From an uncultured Bryobacter sp. (GTDB lineage: Bacteria > Acidobacteriota > Terriglobia > Bryobacterales > Bryobacteraceae): 64,000 nt of DNA. Below are positions 44,925-53,539 of this stretch, in pieces. The notes beneath the pieces were generated by a model. That model did not search any database. It was not told where the DNA came from and worked only from the letters and a program-made list of their open reading frames with translations. The position numbers were made by a program, and so were the translations under genes. The stretch spans positions 7,149 through 71,148 of the forward strand of contig CAYLXK010000024.1 in NCBI GenBank assembly GCA_964387685.1. The letters run 5' to 3'. Within the stretch, counting starts at the first letter, position 1. Every line of letters begins with the position of its first letter.

Positions 44925-46318
44925 CCTCCAAGTTCCTGTATTGCCTTCAGATTCTTCTCTTCGACGCCCAGGACCTTGTGGCAGGCCTCGCAATCCTGGG
45001 TAATGGCTTTGCCGGGCGTTTTTGCCTTCAAGTCGTCGCCATGACAGCGGAAGCAACCGGGTGAGGCCGTGTGCCCGACATGTTGGGGATAGGTTCCCCA
45101 AGTGATTTTCATTTCCGGAAAGACGTTGCGGCGGTGGAGTGTGGCCAGTTCCTGGCTGGCTTGGCCGAGCGTGGAGGCGTGGGTCGCGAGGGCCGCCGGT
45201 TGATGAAGGCGGTAGTAGCGATTCAGCTCCTCGGCGATGGCTTTAGAGGGGTCGGGCTTGGAGGCGTAGTCTTTGGCCAGGACTTCCAAGGCGGCCCGAC
45301 GGAAGAAAGGAATCGATTGGGGAAGCCGGCCCTGGGTCATGGCGAGATCGATGGCCCGTTCAGGATTCTCAAATTCATGGGCGGGCCGATTGTGGCAATC
45401 GAGACAATCCATGCGCCGGCTAAAGGCGGCTTTGGCTTTGCCCGAGCTAAAGTCGGCCGACTCATAGGTGTCGGTTTGACCTCCCTTGGTCACGCGAACG
45501 GCCAGGATGGTTTCGCGCTTAGGGTCGGCGGCGTCATAGTCGATGCTCAGGCCGCGGCCCATGTGGGCGCCGTGAATGCCTTGGCCCTCGGCGCCCCCCA
45601 GTTTTAGCAGTAGCGCGGTCTCCAGGCGTTCGCCCTGGTCGTCGAACTGGGTGCGCCGCCAGAGGCGATTGCCGTAGTCGTGATTGCGGGAGTGGCAGTT
45701 CTCACAGGTTTCCGAGGCCGGTTTGAGGGCATGAGGTGGAGAGGGAATGGGACGGTTGTATCCGCCGGTCATCACGAGAAAGAGTTGCCGGGTTCCATTG
45801 AGCTTGGCGCGGATGGCGTTGCCCGCGCCTTCGCCAATGTGGCAGGCGACGCATTTAACTTGCGCATGGGAACCAGCCTGATAGGCGCGATGTTCGGGAT
45901 CCATGACATGGCAAGCGGTGCCGCAGAAGTTGGTGCTCTCCATGTAATGGACGGCCTGGTAGGTAAGCGCCCCGCCGATGACGAGATTGACAAAGGTTGC
46001 TCCCGCGATAAAGACGAGAAAGCGCCGGATCTTGGGGTTGCTGAGCTCGATTTTTTCCGGCCAGTGGATTTGGTGATCCGGGGCCTCGCGCCGGCGCTGC
46101 ATGCTGATGCCGATGGGCACCAGGAGGAGCCCTAGGAAGAAGGCGGCGGGTAGAGCGACAAACTGGAGAATGCCGAGGTATCCGGAGGCCTCGCTCGCGC
46201 CCGTCAGGAAGATCCAGAGGACCATAGCCGAAAGCACGAAGAAGAAGCCGGTGCGGCTGATCCAGTTGTCGGTTAAATAGAGTACCGGCAAGAGCCAGCG
46301 CTGTGCGAATTTCCCCAT
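44921..46318 (-). CDS. Membrane-anchored NapC/NirT-like multiheme cytochrome (candidate quinol dehydrogenase)
   Basis: 465 aa with three N-terminal TM helices. NapC-like TNFCGTACHVM...SHAQVKCVACH. Five CxxCH (CVACH, CENCH, CLDCH, CFRCH, CEACH) plus one CxxxCH (CGTACH). Confidence 0.7.
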   Translation of the reverse strand: MGKFAQRWLLPVLYLTDNWISRTGFFFVLSAMVLWIFLTGASEASGYLGILQFVALPAAFFLGLLLVPIGISMQRRREAPDHQIHWPEKIELSNPKIRRFLVFIAGATFVNLVIGGALTYQAVHYMESTNFCGTACHVMDPEHRAYQAGSHAQVKCVACHIGEGAGNAIRAKLNGTRQLFLVMTGGYNRPIPSPPHALKPASETCENCHSRNHDYGNRLWRRTQFDDQGERLETALLLKLGGAEGQGIHGAHMGRGLSIDYDAADPKRETILAVRVTKGGQTDTYESADFSSGKAKAAFSRRMDCLDCHNRPAHEFENPERAIDLAMTQGRLPQSIPFFRRAALEVLAKDYASKPDPSKAIAEELNRYYRLHQPAALATHASTLGQASQELATLHRRNVFPEMKITWGTYPQHVGHTASPGCFRCHGDDLKAKTPGKAITQDCEACHKVLGVEEKNLKAIQELGG

Positions 46319-46357
46319 TTTGCGTGTCTGAAGTTTGCGTGGTCCGAGGGAATTGGA

Positions 46358-46675
46358 CTATTGCTTGAGAGTGCGGACGTAGGCCAAGATGTTGGCGACA
46401 TCCTTTTCGACGGCGGGCATGGCCTTCATCTTGCCGACGCCTTCGAGGGTTTCTTTCTTCAGGGCAGCGTCGGACTTAGCCTGGACCTCTTTCGAGCCGA
46501 GGTGCTTCATTTCGACCTTGAGCATTTTGCCGATGGCGGCGTTGGGGGCGCCGTCGGCGCCATGGCACTTCTTGCAGGCGGCGTCATAAGCGGTCTTACC
46601 GGACGCCAAGTCGGCGGCGGAGGCCAAAGCGGACACCCAGACGAGAGAAAGCAGCAAGGGCAGAGTTCGTTTCAT
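46358..46675 (-). CDS. Periplasmic monoheme class I cytochrome c
   Basis: 105 aa from ATG 46675. Signal MKRTLPLLLSLVWVSALASA. Single CKKCH. Distal Met candidate in GKMKAMP. Confidence 0.8.
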   Translation of the reverse strand: MKRTLPLLLSLVWVSALASAADLASGKTAYDAACKKCHGADGAPNAAIGKMLKVEMKHLGSKEVQAKSDAALKKETLEGVGKMKAMPAVEKDVANILAYVRTLKQ

Positions 46676-46687
46676 CGCGGCTCTACA

Positions 46688-46703
46688 AGCAAGTGAGTGG
46701 CCA
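46688..46703 (-). promoter_or_regulatory. Sigma-54-like -24/-12 element upstream of the cytochrome operon (weak; implies a near-leaderless mRNA)
   Basis: The minus strand reads TGGCCACTCACTTGCT with correct GG-N10-GC spacing. The GC lies only 13 nt before the ATG. Confidence 0.2.
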
Positions 46704-46766
46704 TTCAAAAGTAGCTGGAAAGTTGAAGCTTGACGATAGTTGGGTGGGGGAAAATACACAAAGATT

Positions 46767-46780
46767 GGGGAAAATTCCCC
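46767..46780. promoter_or_regulatory. Inverted repeat GGGGAA-aa-TTCCCC in the divergent control region (candidate activator site)
   Basis: 6-bp arms with a 2-nt spacer, preceded by a partial direct copy TGGGGGAAAAT. Located about 60-75 bp upstream of the hyaA sigma-54-like promoter. Confidence 0.25.
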
Positions 46781-46840
46781 AAGCGGGAAATCGTTTAGTG
46801 GAGAACAGGGGCAATCTCGCAGAGAGAAGGAGGTTTTTAT

Positions 46841-46856
46841 TGGCCCCCTGATTGCA
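46841..46856 (+). promoter_or_regulatory. Candidate sigma-54 (-24/-12) promoter for the hydrogenase operon
   Basis: TGGCCCCCTGATTGCA against the consensus TGGCAC-N5-TTGCA. About 28 nt upstream of ATG 46885, with AAAGGAAG as RBS. Confidence 0.45.
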
Positions 46857-46884
46857 CAGTAGGGACTGGCTGAAAGGAAGTGGA

Positions 46885-48000
46885 ATGATGCTGGCCACCG
46901 CACCCGCTTCAACGTCTCAAGTTCTTCAACGGCGAGGAATTAGCCGCCGCGACATACTCACTTTTTGCACTATGACGGCCGCGTCCCTCGGCCTGCCCCC
47001 GGAGGCGGCGGCGCAAATCGCCGAGGCGCTGGAAACAAAGCCGCGCATCCCGGTGCTTTGGATTCATGGGTTGGAATGCACGTGTTGCAGCGAATCGTTT
47101 CTGAGGTCGACGCACCCGGTTGCGCAGGACATTCTGTTCAACATGATTTCGCTGGATTATGACGACACGCTCCAGGCCGCGGCGGGCCATCAGGCCGAAG
47201 AGATCCGCAAGCGAATCATGAAGGAGTACAAAGGCCAATACCTGCTGGCGGTGGAAGGCAACGCGCCTACCAACGACGGGGGCGTCTATTGCACGGTGGG
47301 CGGCGAAACGTTTACGAGCATTCTGGAAGAGGCCGCGGCGGGCGCCAAGGCCATCCTGGCCTGGGGCAGCTGCGCGTCCAACGGATGTGTGCAGGCGGCT
47401 TACCCAAACCCGACCGGCGCGAAGCCCGTGTACAAGATGATCACCGACAAGCCGGTCATCAACGTGCCCGGATGCCCGCCGATTGCGGAAGTGATGACCG
47501 GGGTATTGAGCTATCTCCTGACCTTCGACCGGATTCCGGAACTGGATGCGTTCCGGCGGCCGAAGATGTTTTACGGGCAGCGGATTCATGACCGCTGCTA
47601 CCGAAGGAGCTACTTTGACGCGGGGCAATTTGTTGAGAAGTGGGACGACGAGGGGGCGCGGAAGGGTTGGTGCCTTTACAAGATGGGGTGCCGCGGTCCG
47701 TCAACCTACAATGCCTGCGCTTCGATGAAGTGGAACGAGTGTGTTTCGTTCCCGATCGGTTCTGGGCATGGCTGTTTCGGATGCTCGGAAGACAATTTTT
47801 GGGATAACGGACCGTTCTATGAGCGCTTGGCGAATATTCCGGTGCCGACCACGGACCTGACGGCGGACCGGGTAGGTCTGGGCTTGAGCGCCGTGGTAGC
47901 CGGGGCGATTGCCGCGCATGGAGTGGCGGCGCTAGCCAAACACAATCTGACGCAGATCAAAGCAGCCCCCGCAAGCAGTACGACGAAGCCGGAAGCCTAG
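46885..48000 (+). CDS. hyaA: [NiFe] hydrogenase small subunit, group 1 (Hyd-1/MBH-like), Tat signal, C-terminal TM anchor
   Basis: [12 protein letters not shown] Tat motif. [33 protein letters not shown]-terminal helix [20 protein letters not shown]. Near-collinear with E. coli HyaA as I recall it. Confidence 0.9.
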   Translation: MMLATAPASTSQVLQRRGISRRDILTFCTMTAASLGLPPEAAAQIAEALETKPRIPVLWIHGLECTCCSESFLRSTHPVAQDILFNMISLDYDDTLQAAAGHQAEEIRKRIMKEYKGQYLLAVEGNAPTNDGGVYCTVGGETFTSILEEAAAGAKAILAWGSCASNGCVQAAYPNPTGAKPVYKMITDKPVINVPGCPPIAEVMTGVLSYLLTFDRIPELDAFRRPKMFYGQRIHDRCYRRSYFDAGQFVEKWDDEGARKGWCLYKMGCRGPSTYNACASMKWNECVSFPIGSGHGCFGCSEDNFWDNGPFYERLANIPVPTTDLTADRVGLGLSAVVAGAIAAHGVAALAKHNLTQIKAAPASSTTKPEA

Positions 48001-48009
48001 GAGCCAGCT

Positions 48010-49737
48010 ATGTCTACCCGAGTCGTAGTAGACCCGATTACCCGCATTGAAGGACATCTGCGGGTGGAAGCGATCCTGAACGATCGGAATGTGATTGGCG
48101 ACGCCTTGTCCAGCGGGACGATGTGGCGCGGGATCGAATTGATTGTGCAGGGGCGGGACCCAAGAGAGGTATGGGCCTTCGCCGAACGGATTTGCGGGGT
48201 GTGTACGACGATCCACGCGCTGGCCAGCGTGCGCAGCGTGGAGAACGCGCTCGGAATCGAGATCCCGAAAAACGCAAGCATTATCCGCCAACTGATGAAC
48301 TTTACGCAGATCGTGCAGGATCACGTGATTCACTTTTATCACCTGCATGCGTTGGACTGGGTGGATGTGGTGTCGGCGCTGAAAGCGGATCCGGCGGCGA
48401 CCTCGGCGCTGGCGCAGAAGGTGTCGCCGCACTGGCCCAAGTCCTCGCCGGGCTACTTTGCCGATACGGCGGCGACGTTGAAGAAGTTTGTCGATTCCGG
48501 TCAACTCGGTATCTTTCAGAATGCCTACTGGGGCCATCCCGCCTACAAGCTGCCGCCAGAGGCGAATCTGATGGCGGTGGCGCACTATCTCGAAGCGCTG
48601 CAGTGGCAAAAGGAAGTGGCCAAGATCCACACGGTATTTGGAGGCAAGAATCCGCATCCCAACTATCTGGTGGGGGGCGTGGCGTGCGCGATCAGTCTCG
48701 AGGGCGACAACGCGCCGATCAATATGGAGCGGCTGAATTTTGTCAAGGATCTGATCACGGAAGCGATCCGGATCGTCGAGCAGCTTTATATTCCGGACCT
48801 AGTGGCGATCGCGAGCTTTTATCCGGAATGGACGAAGATCGGCGGGGGGCTGGGTAGCTTCATGTCCTACGGCGACATGCCGACGGACTACGATTTGGGC
48901 AATCCGTCGAAGTTCCGTTTTCCGCGCGGGGTGATTCTGAACAAGAAACTGGGCGAAGTGCTGCCGCTGGACCTGGCGGACTTTGGCCAGGTGCAGGAGG
49001 AGGTGACGCACTCCTGGTACGAGTACGGGAACGGGAAGCAGACCTTGCACCCATGGGAAGGCGAGACGAAGGCAAAGTATTCGGGGCCGAAACCGCCTTA
49101 TAAGCAATTGGATGAAACGCAAGGATACTCCTGGGTGAAGACCCCTCGCTGGCGAGGGCACGCGGTGGAAGTAGGGCCGCTGGCGCGGATGGTGATCGGC
49201 TATGCCTCGGGCAATGGGCCGATTCGGGATGCCGTCAAGTGGGGATTGGAGACGACGAAATTGCCGATCGAGGCGTTGTTTTCGACACTCGGACGGACCT
49301 TTGCGCGGGGCCTCGAGACGAAGCTGGCCGTGCACTGGATGAGGGACGAGTTCAACAACTTGATGGCGAATCTGAAAGCGGGCGATTTGACGACTGCGGC
49401 GACAGCGAAATGGGATCCGTCCAGTTGGCCGAAGGAGGCCAAGGGAGTGGGCTTTGTGGAGGCGCCGCGCGGCTCGTTGGGACATTGGATCCGGATCCAG
49501 GATCAGAAGACGGCGTCCTACCAGATCGTGGTGCCGTCGACATGGAACGCCTCGCCTCGCGATGCCAAGGGCCAGCACGGCGCCTATGAGGCTGCGCTGA
49601 TTGGCACGCCAATGGTGGACGGGATGAAGCCCGTCGAGATACTGCGGACGATTCATTCGTTCGACCCCTGCCTGGCCTGCGCGACGCATGTAATGGGCGC
49701 GGGCGGTGAAACCCTGGCCAAGGTAATTGTGCGTTAG
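48010..49737 (+). CDS. hyaB: [NiFe] hydrogenase large subunit, group 1
   Basis: VVDPITRIEGH. L1 motif ERICGVCTTIH. L2 motif SFDPCLACATH followed by a 15-aa tail for endopeptidase cleavage. Confidence 0.95.
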   Translation: MSTRVVVDPITRIEGHLRVEAILNDRNVIGDALSSGTMWRGIELIVQGRDPREVWAFAERICGVCTTIHALASVRSVENALGIEIPKNASIIRQLMNFTQIVQDHVIHFYHLHALDWVDVVSALKADPAATSALAQKVSPHWPKSSPGYFADTAATLKKFVDSGQLGIFQNAYWGHPAYKLPPEANLMAVAHYLEALQWQKEVAKIHTVFGGKNPHPNYLVGGVACAISLEGDNAPINMERLNFVKDLITEAIRIVEQLYIPDLVAIASFYPEWTKIGGGLGSFMSYGDMPTDYDLGNPSKFRFPRGVILNKKLGEVLPLDLADFGQVQEEVTHSWYEYGNGKQTLHPWEGETKAKYSGPKPPYKQLDETQGYSWVKTPRWRGHAVEVGPLARMVIGYASGNGPIRDAVKWGLETTKLPIEALFSTLGRTFARGLETKLAVHWMRDEFNNLMANLKAGDLTTAATAKWDPSSWPKEAKGVGFVEAPRGSLGHWIRIQDQKTASYQIVVPSTWNASPRDAKGQHGAYEAALIGTPMVDGMKPVEILRTIHSFDPCLACATHVMGAGGETLAKVIVR

Positions 49738-49746
49738 GAGCGGCTT

Positions 49747-50487
49747 ATGTCCTCACAAATTCAGGACCCGCAGACTCAAGCCATGGCCGCGCCGGGCGAG
49801 GCGGAAAGGCCGGAATCCCGCTACGTGTGGGAGAGCCCGGTGCGGATCTTTCATTGGATGATTGCGCTGGCGATTCCCGTGCTGCTGGCCACGGGCTTTT
49901 ATATAGCCTGGCCTTTTGCCTCCGTGCAGGGGGAGGCGACGGGAAACTTCTTGATGGGGAGGATGCGGCAGATTCATTTTGGGGCGGGCTACGTGTTGCT
50001 GGCCGCGTTTGCCATTCGGATTTACTGGTTTTTTGCGGGCAATCATTATGCGCGGTCGGGTTTTCCCTTCGTCTGGAAGAAGGCCTGGTGGACGCATCTG
50101 GGCGAGCAGGCGCGCGAGTACCTCACAATTCGCCTCACGAAGCGCTTTGTGGGCCACAACCAGTTGGGCGCCTTGAGCTACCTGCTCTTTGTGGGACTCA
50201 TGGGCGGCGCAGAAATCGCCACCGGCTTTGCGATGTATAGCGAATCGAATCCGGGAGGATTCTGGAGCCGGGTCTTCGGCTGGGTGATTCCGTTCTGTGG
50301 CGGTTCCTATCAAACCCACCAATGGCATCATTTCTTTGCCTGGGGCATTCTGCTGTTTATTGCGATTCACATTTATATCGTGGTGCTGGACAGCATTTAC
50401 CTCGATAACGGAATGGTGGGCAGTATCTTTACCGGACGCAAGTTTGTAAGGAGCACGGATGCCGACAGCAAGACCTGGATCAGTTAA
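49747..50487 (+). CDS. hyaC: Ni/Fe-hydrogenase b-type cytochrome subunit
   Basis: PVRIFHWMIALAIPVLLATGFYI. Four TM helices with conserved His (HFGAGY, HQWHHFF). Confidence 0.85.
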   Translation: MSSQIQDPQTQAMAAPGEAERPESRYVWESPVRIFHWMIALAIPVLLATGFYIAWPFASVQGEATGNFLMGRMRQIHFGAGYVLLAAFAIRIYWFFAGNHYARSGFPFVWKKAWWTHLGEQAREYLTIRLTKRFVGHNQLGALSYLLFVGLMGGAEIATGFAMYSESNPGGFWSRVFGWVIPFCGGSYQTHQWHHFFAWGILLFIAIHIYIVVLDSIYLDNGMVGSIFTGRKFVRSTDADSKTWIS

Positions 50488-50965
50488 GCCGGTGCTGGTG
50501 TTGGGCTTGGGCAATGTCTTATTGACCGACGACGGCTTTGGGCCCACGCTACTCGAGCGGTTGCGGAGGCGGAGCGCCGCCGGGGCGAAGGTGGAGTTTG
50601 TCGATGGGGGAACGATGGGTTTGGGGTTGCTAAGCTTGCTGGCCGAGCGGCGATGCCTGCTAATTTTGGATGCGTTTCGCGCGGGCCGGCCGGCGGGGAC
50701 GCTGATGGTGGAGCGGAACTTCGAGTGGCAGCAGGCGGGCAAGGTCTTGGGTCGAAGCGCGCACGACGGGAACGCGGCTGGTTTGCTGGCGGTGGCGACG
50801 CTGACGGGCGACTTGCCGCCGCGTCTGGCTTTGGTGGGGGTCGAACCGCAGACCTTGGATACCGGGGTGGGCTTAAGCGACACGGTGGAAGCGCAGCTGC
50901 CCGAGGCGGAGCGGGAAGCCTGGCGATTGATTGAGGAATTGGTGGAGTTGTCCGTATGTGTTTAG
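50459..50965 (+). CDS. hyaD: Hydrogenase maturation endopeptidase (HyaD/HybD/HupD family)
   Basis: [17 protein letters not shown] and LILDA motifs. Confidence 0.85.
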   Translation: MPTARPGSVKPVLVLGLGNVLLTDDGFGPTLLERLRRRSAAGAKVEFVDGGTMGLGLLSLLAERRCLLILDAFRAGRPAGTLMVERNFEWQQAGKVLGRSAHDGNAAGLLAVATLTGDLPPRLALVGVEPQTLDTGVGLSDTVEAQLPEAEREAWRLIEELVELSVCV

Positions 50966-51225
50966 CGATACCGGGGCAGGTGATGCGGATCGAGGAGATT
51001 GGCTTCCACCGGGTAGCCCAGGTCTGCTTTGGCGGAGTGGAGCGGCCGGTGTTTGTGGATTTCGTGCCCGAGGCGGTAGCGGGCGACTATGTGCTGGTAC
51101 ACGTGGGCTTCGCGCTCAGCAAGATCGACGAAGAAGAGGCCAAGGCGAGCTTCGCATTAATGGAACGACTGGGATTCATGGAGCCGCTGGACGAGGCCGA
51201 AGAAGTGACGCAGGAGGACCCATGA
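50956..51225 (+). CDS. hypC: HypC/HybG/HupF-family hydrogenase chaperone
   Basis: [10 protein letters not shown]-terminus with the essential Cys2. 89 aa. Confidence 0.9.
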   Translation: MCLAIPGQVMRIEEIGFHRVAQVCFGGVERPVFVDFVPEAVAGDYVLVHVGFALSKIDEEEAKASFALMERLGFMEPLDEAEEVTQEDP

Positions 51226-52325
51226 GATACGTCGATGAGTATCGGGACCCGGCGCTAGCTCAGGCGGTACTGCGTGAGATCCGCGCGCGCGTAACGCGGC
51301 CTTGGGTGTTGATGGAGATCTGCGGCGGGCAGACCCACAGCCTGATGCGCTATGGAATCGACGAGCTGCTGCCGCCGGAACTGGAACTGGTGCATGGGCC
51401 GGGCTGCCCGGTTTGCGTTACGCCGCTGGAAATGATCGATAAGGCGCTGGAGATCGCCGCGCGGCCCGAAGTGATTTTTCTCACCTATGGCGACATGATG
51501 CGCGTGCCGGGATCGGCGAGCGATTTATTGGAGGTGAAGGCGCGCGGAGGCGACGTTCGCTTTGTGTACTCGCCCATGCAGGCTGTGGAGGTGGCGCGAA
51601 AGAATCCGGGGCGGCAGGTGGTTTTCTTTGCGGTGGGATTTGAGACGACGGCGCCCGCTAACGCCATGGCCGTCTGGCGGGCGGCGAAGGAAGGGATCGG
51701 AAATTTTTCGTCGCTGGTCTCGCATGTGCTGGTGCCGCCGGCGTTAATGGTGCTGCTCGGTTCAGCCCAGAACCGGGTGCAAGGGTTGATCGCGCCGGGC
51801 CACGTATGTACGGTGGAAGGCTGCCGCGATTATGAGGCGCTGGTGGAGCGCTTCCGAGTGCCGGTGGTGGTGGGGGGCTTTGAACCATTGGATTTGTTGG
51901 AAGCGATTCTGCTGCTGGTAAGGCAGTTGGAGGAAGGGCGCTGGCTGCTGGAGAACCAGTACAAGCGAGCCGTGAGCGCGGAAGGCAATGCGGTGGCGCG
52001 CGGGCTGGTGGCGGAAGTCTACGAGGTGTGCGATCGGAAGTGGAGAGGGATCGGAGAGTTGGCGCGGAGCGGCATGCGGCTGCGGGAAAAGTATGCGGGA
52101 TTTGACGCCGAAAGGGTTTTCGGGCTGACGGGGGAAGGCGTGGCCGAAGATGTGGAGTGCCGGAGCGCGCAGGTGCTGATGGGCCAAATGAAACCGACGG
52201 ATTGCCCCGCCTTCGGAGTGCGCTGCACGCCGGAAAAGCCCCTGGGCGCGCCCATGGTCTCGAGCGAAGGGGCCTGCGCGGCCTACCATCGCTATAAGCC
52301 GCAACTGGTGCAGGTGGCGCGGTGA
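51222..52325 (+). CDS. hypD: Hydrogenase maturation factor HypD
   Basis: [27 protein letters not shown] and FETTAP. ATGA overlap with hypC. The long ORF from 50931 is an artefactual extension. Confidence 0.9.
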   Translation: MRYVDEYRDPALAQAVLREIRARVTRPWVLMEICGGQTHSLMRYGIDELLPPELELVHGPGCPVCVTPLEMIDKALEIAARPEVIFLTYGDMMRVPGSASDLLEVKARGGDVRFVYSPMQAVEVARKNPGRQVVFFAVGFETTAPANAMAVWRAAKEGIGNFSSLVSHVLVPPALMVLLGSAQNRVQGLIAPGHVCTVEGCRDYEALVERFRVPVVVGGFEPLDLLEAILLLVRQLEEGRWLLENQYKRAVSAEGNAVARGLVAEVYEVCDRKWRGIGELARSGMRLREKYAGFDAERVFGLTGEGVAEDVECRSAQVLMGQMKPTDCPAFGVRCTPEKPLGAPMVSSEGACAAYHRYKPQLVQVAR

Positions 52326-53392
52326 AGCGCGTGGACGCCGACGATGTGACGAATTGGACCTGCCCGCTGCCGCTGCGCCAGTACGGGCAGATCGTGATGG
52401 GGCATGGAGGAGGGGGCAAGCTTTCCGCGGATCTGGTAGAGCATCTGATTTTGCCGGCCTTGGGCGGGCAGAGCGCGGATTGTCTGGGGGACTCCACCGT
52501 CCTGCCGCCGCTGACCGGGCGCATGGCGATTTCGACGGACTCCTACGTCGTGCGGCCGATCCTGTTTCCGGGCGGCAGTATTGGCGAGTTGGCCGTGAAC
52601 GGGACGGTTAACGATTTAGCGATGTCCGGAGCGTGGCCCCTGTATATGACCGCCGGGCTGATTCTGGAGGAGGGCTTGGCGCTAACCACGCTGGCCGAGG
52701 TGCTGAACAGAATGGGGCAAGCCGCGCGGCAGGCGGGGGTGCGGATCGTCGCCGGCGATACCAAGGTGGTGGGCCGGGGGCAGGCGGACGGCATCTTTAT
52801 TCATACGGCGGGCGTGGGGGAAGTGCCGGAAGGTGTGGAGATCGGGCCTGGGAACGCGCGGCCTGGCGACGTGATTCTCTTGTCGGGAAGCGTGGGAGAT
52901 CATGGGATGGCGATCCTCTGCGCGCGGGAGGAACTGGAGTTTGACGGCGTCATCCAGAGCGACTGCGCCGCTTTGCACCGGTTGGTGCGGGCGATGCTGG
53001 AGGCGGCAGGACCGGGCGCCGTGCGGGTGTTGCGGGATCCAACTCGCGGAGGGCTCGCGGCAGCGCTGCATGAGATTGCGCGTAGTAGCCGGGTAGGGAT
53101 GGAGATTGAGGAAGGGACGGTGCCGGTAGACGACGCGGTCCGTTCCGCGTGCGAATTGATGGGGCTGGACCCTCTTCAGGTCGCCAGCGAGGGCAAGTTG
53201 GTGGCGATGGTAGACGCGGGGGCCGCCCGCCAAATCCTGGCCGCGATGCGGCTGGATCCCTTGGGAGAGAGAGCCGTCGAGATCGGCCGCGTGACGGACC
53301 GGCATCCTGGGATGCTGACGGCGCGAACGGCGATAGGAGGGCAACGCGTGATCCCCATGCCAATCGGGGAGCAGTTGCCGCGGATCTGCTAA
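52322..53392 (+). CDS. hypE: Hydrogenase maturation carbamoyl dehydratase HypE
   Basis: AIR-synthase-like fold ([21 protein letters not shown]) and the diagnostic C-terminal PRIC. GTG start overlaps the hypD stop. Confidence 0.9.
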   Translation: MKRVDADDVTNWTCPLPLRQYGQIVMGHGGGGKLSADLVEHLILPALGGQSADCLGDSTVLPPLTGRMAISTDSYVVRPILFPGGSIGELAVNGTVNDLAMSGAWPLYMTAGLILEEGLALTTLAEVLNRMGQAARQAGVRIVAGDTKVVGRGQADGIFIHTAGVGEVPEGVEIGPGNARPGDVILLSGSVGDHGMAILCAREELEFDGVIQSDCAALHRLVRAMLEAAGPGAVRVLRDPTRGGLAAALHEIARSSRVGMEIEEGTVPVDDAVRSACELMGLDPLQVASEGKLVAMVDAGAARQILAAMRLDPLGERAVEIGRVTDRHPGMLTARTAIGGQRVIPMPIGEQLPRIC

Positions 53393-53539
53393 AGCCAGCG
53401 CCGTAGGGGGAAAGTTCGCTCCGAAAGAGCAAGGCAGGGTTCGAAGTGGGGTCGTGATGGCTGCGACACGCAATCGTCATTCGATCGTGATGCCGGAATG
53501 TTACTTTCTGGAGACCTTTGGAATTCTCCAGGAGCTAAG

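Noticed and set aside
50931-51221. N-terminal extensions of several ORF-track entries: the 464-aa version of hypD, the 303-aa version of tdk from 11266, the 150-aa hypA, the 184-aa cytochrome c, the 320-aa MBL and the 293-aa aquaporin.
   Set aside because: The extensions overlap neighbouring genes or have nonsense-like composition. Conserved N-termini ([18 protein letters not shown], signal peptides) begin at internal start codons.
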